Assembly (NCBI GenBank): GCA_003971905.1
Contig: RSEE01000001.1
Span: forward strand, 310,001-374,000
Length of the DNA stretch: 64,000 nt
Origin: Moniliella sp. 'wahieum'
Lineage: Eukaryota
Reading direction: 5' to 3'
Shown piece by piece: positions 13,505 through 25,108 of the stretch. Positions within the stretch are counted from its first letter, which is position 1, and each line of letters opens with the position of its first letter. The notes beneath the pieces are model-generated. The model saw nothing but the letters and a program-made list of their open reading frames with translations, had not been told where the DNA came from and ran no database searches. A program made the position numbers and the translations under genes.

Positions 13505-15095
13505 TACATGTGTATAAGTGTGGCGTCGTGTCCTCGCTTGAGCGCATCGTAATGGCTTGCACCCCTCAGTCCAGGTTTGTGTGGATTGCATGAGACGGTG
13601 CGGAGAGCTCATTCTCCAACTCAGCGCTCCTCCCCGAAACCCACATCCACAACAGCCGACGGTGGAGAACCAGGACGGCAAGGCGTGGGAGGGCGTGGGA
13701 GGAAGGCGATGCGTACTGACTACTGACTACTGGCCGTCACGGAGCGGGCCCCCGCCAGGGGGCACGCCCCGGGGTTTGGGGTTTACGATCCCTTTGGAGA
13801 CAGTAGGTCGACTAACGGTAATTTCGGGCTTGGACTAGTTGGTGGTCCGAGCGGAGCTAGGGACGAGAAGAGGCCTTTGGTGGGGCGGCTGTACTGCGTC
13901 TGCACTGGCTTGGGCCGTAGTAACGTGTCTGAAGCCTCCGGGACTAAGGGACGGGAGGAGGCAGAGGTGGACAAACACTGCCTCAACGGAGACTGGATAG
14001 AGACTGGAAATCGACGTAGCTGAAGGACGGCTCGCGCGGACTGGACTGATGGAGTGCTGGAGGACGAGGTAGGAAGAGGAAGCGGGAGCAAAGAAGAGAG
14101 GAGGCTACCTACACTGGATCAATTGGATCGAAACTGGACAGGAGTCGGACAGGATAGGCGAGAGGGGACGAAGGGGTTGAGGAGATTGAAGACGAGAGAT
14201 GACGAGAATGGAAGGTGGGGGGGGAAAGGATCACCATCAACCAGGGGTACAGATTAGATCAAAAGGGAAACGGATACAATAGGGGGAGTGTAGAAGGTAT
14301 GTCAAAAGAGGAGTTGGTCACCGCATGAGCGACCGAGAAAGGAAAAGGAAACGGGGACAGAGGCGACAGTCGTCGCCAAGACACAACTGGAAGCTCGGCT
14401 GGCCTTATTTAGGCCAGCCGACTTGGACTTAGGCGGGGGGGGGCGACTATTGTCGTGCGGGTGCATGGCCCTTCGGGCCCCGGTACCTAATTTAACCAAC
14501 CAACGTCACACTTGGTTGGACTGCGGAGCACGCCCTACTGTGGACATGTGCGGATAGAGCAGGCCGGCTTTAGCTTGGATCGGACTATCTCGGGCCTACC
14601 GCAGCCCGTAACACTGGCTATCGAGTGATGTGAGACCTTGAGCAATTGGAGGATTGGGAATGGAGGTGGACCACACGTTGCGAGACTCGGGAACTCAGGA
14701 GGGGATGGCTGCGTACGGGAGGGTGGTACGCGACAGCACCGCGACGTACCTGGGACGCACCCAAGAACTCTTCTTCCCTTTGGTTTGACGACTCGAGGGT
14801 ATACCATATTATGCCATCAAGACGGGGTGAACAAGATGTTTGGGCACTGGAAGGAATTAGCTAATGAGTACTGAGTCTCAATGGAGATGGTTCACCGCTC
14901 GGATGTCTACCACGTTCATCCGTATCCACACGCACTGCCTCTGGTATAGGAACAGATGGCGGCACCAGAGGGCCCTGATCTGCTGTCGATTCCCCTGGTT
15001 CCCTAAACGCGTTTGGCGCCAACAGGCAACACGCGCCTGATGAGCGAATCGGTTTAGGCGCACCGTTTTCCTATCCTAACAGCCGTAAGCTGCGT
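13505..15095 (+). mobile_element. Decayed 3' fragment(s) of the CRE-like retrotransposon (copy 1), interrupted by about 870 bp of unrelated sequence
   Basis: 13505-13730 aligns by eye to about 17245-17445 (ATGTGTATAAGTGTGGCGTCGTGTCCTCGCTTGAGC vs ATGTGCAAGTGCGGGGTCATGTCCTCGCTGGAGC). 14598-15095 aligns to about 17428-17955 with an internal deletion (GGAATGGAGGTGGACCACACG identical; GHWKELA / AHWKELA). Confidence 0.8.
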
Positions 15096-15459
15096 CTATC
15101 GAGTAATATGGGCACGGTATACTCTCAAGAGAATGTATGCCCTCAGTGCAACATCACATTTGTGCTCGTTTTCCCTGATTATTTCTGTATGCAAGCGTCA
15201 CTGTTGGGGGAAGAAACAAAAGCGTTTTGCCCAGAAAAACTCATTACCTCGTCATCCACATCATCTACGAAGAGTCGTGACGAAGAACCAATCGTTCCGA
15301 GTGAGGAGGTGGTGAGATAAGAGATGCACCAGCTATTAAGTGCTAAGACGAGATAAGCAGACACGCCAGTACCAAGCCTCCAAAATTTGCAAACAGCATG
15401 TTCATTATATGATTTGTGGCGCGGCACACGAAAAGCATGCAGAAAGGGGCATGATATAT

Positions 15460-17960
15460 GGTAACCCAGTCACCAAGGCCGACCGCCTCATTCGGGAGGG
15501 CTGCCTCAGCCGCGCAGCAAGTACCCTCGTTGGCCAATCCACCATTGCCCCCCTCCCCCGAGACCCAGGCAAGCCTGGAAAAGCTCCACCCCGTTGGAGA
15601 GGCGAACCCCTTCAACCTCGGTCCGGGCACAGCGTTCGGCAACGCCTCCAGCCGCACCCGTCTCCTACCCACACAGGCCGCGAGGTACCGCCGGGCACCA
15701 CCCTCACCGACACGACGGACAGTAACCGCATCGTGGTGGACCTGGACGAAATCGACTTTGTTGCTTTGATCGCCACGTTCAGAATCGACGTTGGGGCAGG
15801 TCTATCCGGGTGGACCCAGCCCCTCCTGAAAACGGCCCTTCAATGCGATTGCTTCGTCACCTTTCTCACCGCCCTCACCAAGAGTATTTCCCCCGGCACT
15901 GCCCTGGACGCGAGCTCTTGTTGGCCTCCCGCCTTACCCCCTGGAGAAGGCATCGGGAGGTATCCGCCCCATCGCCTGGGGAGCTGATCTACCGTCTGTG
16001 CGCCAAGGCCATTGCTCGAGCGATCGCCCCCAACAGCTGGCTTCTCCCCACCCAGCTGGGAGTAGCATCGCAAAACGGGGTGGAGCCTATCGTACGGATG
16101 GTCGAGCGCATGACAGCGCCAGGCGGGGAGAACGATGCGGAAATGGGCGACTTCAGCACGTCGCCATGCTCGACTTTACCAACGCTTCAACACCGTGCGC
16201 CGTCGCACACTCGCCAAGGCGCTCCATGCCCACGCCCCCCATCTCCTCACCTTGGGCCGATGGATCTATGGTTCCCCCACCAGCTTTGGGTTGCGTCGGG
16301 CGGAAATGAGACCAGCATCCTGTCGGCAGGGCGTACGGCAGGGCGACCCCCTCGCCCCCTTTTTCTTCTCCATCGCAGTGCGGCCCACGCTAGAGAAGTT
16401 GAGAGATGCTCTGCCGCCGGGCCACCTGGTGATGGCATACCTGGACGACATTACGATTTTCGGTCCAGGGCCAGGCATTACGGCCAAGCCGCGGAGATTT
16501 TGGAAGACGACGCGTCAGGCCTCAAGCTCAACCTGCGCAAGTGTGTCGAGCGGGACCGGGACCAGATTCGGGAGGACGGTCTGCAGGTCCGGGCACTTGT
16601 GTGGGAGGGGTAGACTGTCGTCGATCGTGGCTCCGGGCCCAACTGGCCAGTCTGAGGGAGAACATGCCTAAGTTTGATGGCACCCCCGCCAGGGACGCCT
16701 CTTACTATGGCGGCTCAGCACTCAGACCAAGCTGCGCCACCTGCTCCGCACCATGCAGATGGAAGGAGAGCTAGACGATGTGCTGGCCGAGATTGATGCC
16801 TTCATCTGTACGGAGTTCAGACGGATCCGGGGCGACGAGGATCCCCAAGGTGCCAAGGACGACCACTTCGACATGCTCATGAGCCTGCCTCTTCGGCTGG
16901 GAGGATGTGGCAGCCCGCTTTACTCGTACATCGCGCCCCACGCCCGTGCCGCGGCCAACGAGGTCAACGATCTATCATTACCACTTATGTTGACCGTTCG
17001 GGACCGCAAACGGCAAGGGCCAACGCATTTACGAAGCAACGCCAGCGCTGCCGCGAGATGTGGGAGCAAAGTCGACAGGAGCTGCCCAGAAGCTGGACGC
17101 TGCCGATGGTCGCCATGTGGTTGAGCACAGCAACCCGCTGAGCCACAACTGGCTCTCCGCCATTCCGTCCGTCCCGTACCTCAAGCTCTCCGACCAGCAG
17201 GTCCAGGTCGGTCCAGCTCCGCACGCTGTGCCGCACCACGCGCAGCATGTGCAAGTGCGGGGTCATGTCCTCGCTGGAGCACACATGTCTTGCACCCGCT
17301 CCAGGCCAAGTTTGGTGCGTTGCATGACGCAGTGCGGGAGCCCATTCTCCAGCTCCTACGCTCCATCCCCGACACCCATGTCCGCAACGAACCTATGGTG
17401 GAGGACGAGGATGGGAGAAGACAGAGGACGCAGCGCACCGACTACCGCGTGATGGGGCCCGGAGCACTCGGCGGATCAGGAATGGAGGTGGACCACACGC
17501 TGCGCGACACGGGATCATTGGCGGCGCAGAGCGCGTTCCGGAGGGTGGTGCATGAGAGCACCGCAACCCCCTTGGAACGCCGGGAGAAGGAGCTGCTTCG
17601 GATGCTTGAACAAGCAGAATGCGACAAACGCCAAGTACCAGGACGCACTCAAGAACCGTTTTCCCCCCTGGTTTTGACGACGCGAGGATACTACGGCACC
17701 AAGACAGCGGGCAAGTTGTTCGCGCATTGGAAGGAGTTGGCTACTAAGTCTCAGTGGAAATGGTTTCCTCGGCTGTCAACCACGTTCCTCCGTGTCCACA
17801 CGCGCTTCCTAGGGTACGGGACCGGATGGCGTGAGCCGGAGGGTCCTGATATCCTGGCGATCCCCTGGTCCCTTGACCCTGGTGGCGCCCCCAAGTAACC
17901 CCCGCAATGAACGATTAGGTTTAGACGTAGCGTTCCCCCTGTCCCAGCCTTAAGCTCTGT
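15460..17960 (+). mobile_element. Non-LTR retrotransposon, RLE type (CRE clade, Cnl1/MoTeR-like): RT, CCHC finger and restriction-like endonuclease; probably 5'-truncated (copy 2)
   Basis: RT motifs GELIYRLCAK, QLGVASQNGVE, LDFTNA(F)NT, GVRQGDPLAPFFF and AYLDD. Downstream are CKCG..EH..SC, LHDAVRE, RTD..EVDHT and FSPLVLTTRG, matching the CCHC-RH-PD-D-K layout of RLE elements. No APE domain and no LTRs seen. Confidence 0.88.
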
Positions 17961-18615
17961 CAATGAAATGGACGTGATACACCAGGGCATGCCTCTGGAT
18001 GCCGAAAGATGCCAAGAAATAACGATGATTGTTTGACATCTCTCCATTTGCTTTTCACCTTCGAGCTTCGATCGACAACGTGCATCTCCATCTCTGTCAC
18101 ATATATTTTTTTCTTTCCGATCGGTATCATGCAATCATGTTTAATTCCGTCGTTAGTGTGTATTCGATGTGCCTATACAGAGAAGAAGGAGGATCCGACA
18201 TATATACCCCACAGCTACTATAATCAATGTGTTGGCCACTGCCATCGAGCTGGCGGCCTGCCTCCTGTACCACATCATATGGATATGCGGTTGGCTGATT
18301 ATCACTTTTTTGAGAGTATATCCATCTTACGTACGGAGGATTGAGAATGTTGTTGGCATGACATGTTGACATGTTGATTTATCGACACACCTTTGTTGAC
18401 TAAGTTTGGAGCGAGAGTACCTGGCCTGTATTCAAAAGAATCATCAATCAAACCCGATACATTTGTAGCAGTGGCGGGGGGTCACATGCATCACATGGCC
18501 TCACACATCTCGACTCGCATTCTTCCTTGAAGCATCGACCAGATGTATATCCCCCTCATCTATATCTACTAAGACGCAACAAAAGCGCCCATCTATATGG
18601 CCTTCCTATAGCTCC

Positions 18616-19680
18616 TGACTAGTGACTAGTGACTACGGCCTGAGGCCGGAGGTGTCTGTGAAATACCGATACATTTGCTCACCGAGTCTAGCATAAGTAC
18701 ACTGAGTAACGTACTGAGCTCCTGAGGCGTCAGCCTGACGTCTGAGGCCGGTCTGAGGCCTGTCGATGAGATCGATGATCAATGGTAGATGACCTACGTG
18801 GCTTGACCAGCTTGAAGCTTGATCACGCGTCATGTCACGCGTCAAGCTTCACACGTCGCGCTGACATTGGCGTTGGACCTTTGAGTTGAAATGTCCAAAT
18901 GAAACATTGGGCTGGTAGCTTCTTGAACAGATTGGTGGCAACGTGCGAGCAACTGCGCGTGCGAGCAACCGCGGGAACATGTAACACACGTTAACATGTT
19001 AACAGATCATCGATCATCGATCACTACTCAGTACGCACTCTGCTGATGGAACTGCTAAAACCAACTACACCATTTTTGGCTTTCTGACTTTGGCCTCGGC
19101 CGCATGGGTTTGCCGATGCATCCTCCCCACTCGAAGCGTGCTCACGCGCTCGCATGCTCACAGCCGCTCAGCACGCCCAGCAGTAGTATACTAGAGATCT
19201 GAACTCCCACACATGTATATCGGTAGCATTATCACAGGCACGATAATAGAAGAACTTTTCCCGTTTATAGCTAGTAGCAAATGGAAAACGCTTCGGGCCG
19301 GGAGCGCTGATGAGACGTTGAAGCCTCAAGCTTCAGTCTGCTTCAGTTGCCGAAAGGCTAATTGGCGTATTGCAGATGGTCTCTATGACGCGTGACGATG
19401 GAGAGGAAGGCGATCTTCCCCTGCCCCCGCTGCATACCATGAACTCGCCCTGGTATGGGCATGTGGTCGGATGGTCCTCTTCGTCTTGGCCGCCGTCATA
19501 CATCAAACTTCAAGCCTTAAGCTTTAAGCTTCAAGTCCAGGGCCAAGTAGTCGGTGATGTGGGTGGTGATCGTATGACCAGTCGATGACAGGCGGGCGTT
19601 GACCGGTGACCGGTGACCGGTGAGATCTGAGATCTGAGATACACGTGTGCACATGATGATCATGAGAATGCACATGCATG
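18616..19680. repeat. Cluster of 7-bp phased arrays
   Basis: (TGACTAG)2 at 18616; TCACGCG-TCAAGCT-TCACACG near 18835; (TCATCGA)2-TCACTAC-TCAGTAC at 19007; (TGACCGG)3(TGAGATC)2 at 19600. Confidence 0.9.
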
Positions 19681-20144
19681 TGGACATTCTACGTAGCTGC
19701 ACTGCTGTTGGGCCAGGGCCGTCAGCCATCCGAAACAACCGTACGCGCGGACGTCGCCATCGCGCAGCGCGCATGCTATAGATGTCCGCCCAAACGCTTC
19801 CGCCACACACGCGTGCACTGCAACGCAGAGAGGGGAGAGGAGGATCCAAAAAGCGCCTCTTTCAGCGCGCTTCTCATCGCTCCTATAAGCCCGCAGACAG
19901 TGTCATATTACCTCCCATATATCTCCTCTCCTCTCGACTTCACCCCCCGGGCTACCCGCAAAGCGCATGGCCATCTAGCCTCGCCTCCCCTCCTCCCCCA
20001 ATTCCACGTCCACGTCTGCCCTCCTGTTGACGACCGACCCCCACCCTTTTATCATATTGCACGCCCCCCTTCACGTCCTTTGCTTGAATTTCCAGCTTTT
20101 CCCGTACCGCCCTTGTCTTCCTCACATTCTTTCCGCTCCGCATT

Positions 20145-21547
20145 ATGCGCCTTTTTCCATTGGTGCTTCTTGCTGCGGCCCACGTTGCGTGTGCTGCTCC
20201 CATCCGAGGGGTCAACCTTGGGTATGTCCCGCGGACGTCTCTTTTCGAAGCACCAAACTGAGTACTGACTGCAGAGCATGGGATGGATGATGTTTCGTTA
20301 GCGGGTGGTTGGTAAGCGAGCAGTGGCTCGTACCTTCCGTTTACCAATCAATGGGGAACAACTCCATCATGATGAATGGACGTTTGGGTATGCCCCCAAC
20401 GCCACCCAAATCCTGACCAAACACTGGGAGAACTTTGTCTGAAGACGATTTCCGCCAGATGGCCGCCGTGGGCCTGAACTATGTCCGGTATGTCGTTCCT
20501 CTGTTCTGCATTTGTCAGGGATAGGCGCGCGTGGTGCTAGCTAACGCAGTTGCAATGAAGGATTCCCATGGGTACTGGGCTACGACACTCGGCAGGGGAG
20601 CCTACGTGCACGCCAACCAAACGGCCTACTTATCTCGTGCGGTCGGTTGGGCTGAGAACCACGGGATCAAAGTCATCATCTGTTTGCATGGCGCACCCGG
20701 TTCCCAGAATGGCCACGGCTCGTCCGGCCGAGTGGGGGGTATGTACTGGCAAGATGCTCAGTCGAACGCCAATCGTGCCGAGGCAGTGTTGAAACAGATT
20801 GCTTCTACCTTCAGCTCGAAACAGAGCACAGTGACCCACATTGAGGCGCTCAATGAGCCTTTGCTCAACATGAACAAGGACAACAACGTTGCCTTTACTA
20901 AGAATTACTACTACTGCCCTCAACCAGTTGCAGTCGGGGTTACGTCGGTGTACCATGATGGGTTCCTCAACCTGTCTTCCTGGTACACCTTTAATGGTGG
21001 CAAGGGATCCGTCGATACACACATTTACGCCAACATGTACCAGTACAACAGTGGTCTCGCCAGTACGTGCTTTCCCGTACAGTAACTCTTGTTGTTGAGG
21101 GTGTGATGGGTGATGGGGGGAATGGAAGAGACGACTGACCATTGTATATGGTACTGCTGCAGACCCACCAGCGTACAAAAACGTGACGGATGTCGCGTTG
21201 CGGCAAGTATGTCAACTCAAGGGGGCGCTCGCAGCAAGCCAATCGCACCACGAGACAATCGTGGGAGAGTGGAGTGTCGCACAGACGCAAGAATCAACGG
21301 GAAAAAGCAGGCGCAGTCTACTTTCGGTGCGGGAGGTCCGGTCCTCCCGGTCGAAGGCGCGCCCTCATCGATCCCATCCTGGCGGGGTCGACGATACGCT
21401 CTACCGACAAACAACTGTTCGACACTCAGTCGCTCGCGTACGAAAACAACGCAGCCGGATGGATCATGTTTACTTGGAAAACCGAAGATTCAACAAGTTA
21501 GTGGTCCTACCAAGCTGGCTTGGGTCATTGGATCCCGACCAATTTGA
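20145..21547 (+). CDS. Secreted glycoside hydrolase family 5 (exo-1,3-beta-glucanase-like)
   Basis: Signal-peptide-like MRLFPLVLLAAAHVACAAP followed by IRGVNLG (intron) GWLV.EQW, CLHGAPGSQNG, IEALNEP (acid/base), DTHIY, TIVGEWS (nucleophile) and GWIMFTWKTE. Introns start at GTATGT 20222 and 20488. Confidence 0.88.
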
Positions 21548-22756
21548 ACCAACGTACACATGCTGTCTGTTGATGCTTCCATGCCTCTATTTCCTGTGGA
21601 CAGTCCGCATTGTTTCCCTCTTCACTATGGACTCGGGCTTTTCTGTCACCCACGCCTTCCCTGGGTTTATAGTAGGCGCGACCGTCGCTCGGCGGCATGC
21701 TGGTCCTGCCCCACCATCGTCTTATTTTTCTTTGTATAATTTTTGACCACACCCGTCCTGATATGCCTACCTGTGTCGTCGAAATGTTAATACGCTGCCT
21801 CTGTCGTCGCCCCCTACTTCTCACGTACGTGGCTGAACAAGTGGAAAACACTTGCTAGTGTTTACAGCTTTTGATCTATACTTGATGAAGACAAAGACTG
21901 AGGATCGCTGCCACCACTTGGTTTGGGAATCACGGGGTTGGGCCAAGGAAATGAACGGGAGACACAAACTCACATCTGTTGATCCGGTCGGTATGATGCG
22001 ACGAGACGAGACGGCAAGTGAATACGGTATAACAGCAAAGAGCAAAGCGTCGAAAGCATGATGGAGCTTGGCTTCCAGCTACGCGTGCATGGTACTTCCT
22101 TTACAGGACGTCTCACAACTCCGTCCGGCACCGGCTGGCACGGCCCGACACCAGCATTTTGATCTAGTGCCCTGGTGACGAAACCCGAGGCGATCACGAT
22201 GCGCATTGCTAGTACCGGTGTTGACGCGTTTTCTCCAACGATCAGCCATCACAAGCTGACGCGGCACACAACTGCCTGAAACCACACTTATGTACGAGCC
22301 CAGGCTTAGTAGTAGGGAGCGCACGAGCGCGACGCTAGGCAGGTTCTTCCTCATCCTTGTCTGACGCCGGTGACGGACGGACTCCTAGCTTCATGGTACT
22401 TTGCCCACCGACTTGGAGAGGAGGCACAGCCACGGTCATTTGTTGCAACGCTCCAACGCTCCCGGTTGCAGCCCAAGCCAGGCCCGCGCCGTTGGGTCGG
22501 GCCTGTCACCCATCCGAACCCCCCAGGCCACCCCCATCCGACCTAACCCGCCACTGGGTTATCCAGGCTACATAAGCCTCACGGCACAAATGATCCACAC
22601 GACCACCAGGCTCGGGGGCAGAGGCAGCACCAAGATTCTCAACCACGCTGGTGCTGGAAGGCCGGAGGCCACAATGGGAGTTCGAGTTAAAAGACTGCAC
22701 CTGGATCAGTGCCAGAAAGGTCCTGGTTTGGTGCTCTCCGCGCCCCCCAACTCCTG

Positions 22757-24000
22757 TTAAGCCTCCAGCAGACAAAGGGGAATCGTACTACCAACAAGTA
22801 GGGCAAAAGGTGGATAGGGGAAATGTAGCAATGGATACAGGGGATACTTGGTACAAGACCCTTGAGGCAAGCGCAGGGGAGGGATAGAGGGGAGGCGCAA
22901 GCCAAAGCGGCACTGAGGGTTATATGCCTCGACGGGAGGACCGCCCCGATCGCGGTTCAGTCGTTGCAGACGGGAGGACAGGCCGGGCGTCGGGGGGCTC
23001 TTACCTGTTGTAGGGTCCGATTGGTGCGAACGGACGCTAGAGTCGGTACCAGCGGAAGAGGGGGCTGGTTCGGCAGACCGTTGTCTTCCATATTTGGCCC
23101 GGGCTACGAGCCGAGCCAGGTACGAGCCAAGTACCGAGCCTGGGGTAGGAGGCAGAGTTTCATTGCAGCGGAGGGGAAAGGACGGACCGTTGTCCAGGAG
23201 AAGGGAAGAGCGGCTTGGTCGAGTTGGGGAAATTGGTCGAGGGGCGAAGGGGAGAGGGGGTTGAAAGGAAGGGAGAAAAGGTCCGTATCTGCCGCCAGAG
23301 GTTGGCTGCTGGCCAGTAGAGGCAGGTACCAGTGGCACCGAAGACGGTGCTGGTACAGGCCACCACCCGTCCCATGCATCCAGAGGTGGCGGGAGGGTTG
23401 CATTGGGGGTGTGTGAGGCGACTTGTGGGGGGAAGGCTGAGATAGGGTCTGGGGTTGCGGGAGAGGGCCAGGTTGAGTTTGAGTTTGAGGTTGGGGTTGA
23501 GGTTGGGGAGAGAATTGGGGAAAGAGTGGGAGTGGGAATGGGAATGGGAGCGGGAAGTGGAGTTGGACTGGGAGTAGGGGTGGGGACGAGGATGAGGATG
23601 CGGATGAGGATGGGAATGAGAATGGGAAGAACATGAAGCTGAGAAGGAGGCTGAGGTGAGGCTGGGAAGGAGAAGGGAGCTGTGGGGGTGGCGGACTCGG
23701 CAGAGGTGGGGCAGAGGAGGCGGGCGCGCGGACATGCTGCGCGCAGCCAAACACAGCGGGTCGGGGGCAGGAGGGGGGTTGTCCAACGCAATGGCCGGGT
23801 CGAGGGACTGGAACAGCGCATCCAGTTCGCTTGGGATGGCCGTGTCGGGGTCCAAGCCGGGGCTGGTGACGGCGGGTTGGTGATGGCGCTGTCGCTGGGG
23901 AGGGGGCCGGGGAGGGGCCAGGCGAGGGGCGGGGGTCGGGCATGGCGGCAGGCAGGGTGGGGGCGTACCCCGAGGGCAGGGCAAGGGCAGGGGCGCAGGT
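22757..24000 (-). CDS. Hypothetical Pro/Ser-rich protein
   Basis: Long GC-rich open frames on the minus strand with coding-like segments (AIPSELDALFQSLDP; SVLGSYLARLVARAKYGR). No recognisable domain. Confidence 0.35.
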
Positions 24001-25108
24001 GAGCGAGGGAAGGCGCTTCCGGGGAGGAAGCGAGAGGAGGCGCCGAGGGTGGGGAGACGCAATGCTGATGGCGGTGGGGCCGGCGTTGGGGCGGTGTTGC
24101 GGTGTTCGGTTTCGGGGTTAGGCCACTAGTGCGTCCGCTAGGCGTGCGGCCTCTTGCGGCGGGAAGCTTGGCAGCCCAGAGCAGCTCGCTTGGGCCTTGA
24201 GAGCCAGGCACGGCTTACGTACGCTGCGTGCCAGCGGCCCACGGCGCCTGTGTGGCGCTGCGCCTCCGTGCCTGCGTGTGCCTGAGTGGCACAGCGCCAG
24301 TGTCGCGGCGTCGCTCGCTTATTCGCGCGTATCCAAGGCGGAACACAGCGGGTGCGCCCAGGCTGAGCGTGACCCGGAGCGCCCCAAGCAGCGAACAGCC
24401 CACTTCCGTCCCCTATCCCATCCTCTCTGGGGCCACCGCCGCCGCATCCAAACCATTTGCTCGCCAGATACATCCGACTTCCTGATCAAACAGAGGCACC
24501 CGTACCCCCTGGCTGTCTTCTTACGCTCTGCCTCTCTTCGTGTTGGATATTAGCTGAAGCCTGAAGAAGCCTGAGCCTCCTGAGCCCTCAGGCAGGGGCG
24601 CTCAGTGTACTCAGTGTGCTTTCGGTCGGCGGGGACTGACCTACAACCGTCCTACCTCCGTTCTACCGCTACAGCTTGGCCCTGAGTGTGACGCGCCGAA
24701 ATAGAGCGCCCTCACACGGTGCGCTCGCGAGAGAGCGTGGATGGAGGTGGGCAATACGACGAGAGAGAGAGACGCACAAGCGTCTCTCCAAACAAGGCAA
24801 AACGAGTGTGAGTTCGTAGTAAGTGGCGTTTAGCGTCGTAGGTGCCAGCGGCGGTCCTCACCCCGGAGGGGGACACAAACCGCTCGGCTACCTGATGGGA
24901 AGATGGGAAGGTTGGGGGGGGGGGGGAGAGGAGGAAAGCACAGGCGACGGTATAGGATCGTGACACGTGAAACACGGGGTATAGTCGCCCGGCCAAGCTT
25001 GGGCTGGGAAGAGATGGGGGGGACTATATTTGTGCTGTTTTGGTCGAGATGGGGGCGGATGGGAAAGAAAGGGGGAGAAGGGAGGGGGGGGGAGAATGGA
25101 TACGCTGA

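Noticed and set aside
15036..15070. Hammerhead or HDV ribozyme at CTGATGAG-CGAA
   Set aside because: No GAAA core after a stem II and no HDV-type P1/P3/L3 arrangement could be built, and CTGATGA is not conserved in the other two copies. The CTGATGAG sites at about 12323, 19307, 45131 and 49011 also lack the rest of the core.
13505..15095. RIP-like hypermutation of retroelement copies
   Set aside because: Differences seen by eye include many transversions and indels; a directional C-to-T bias cannot be shown without a proper alignment.
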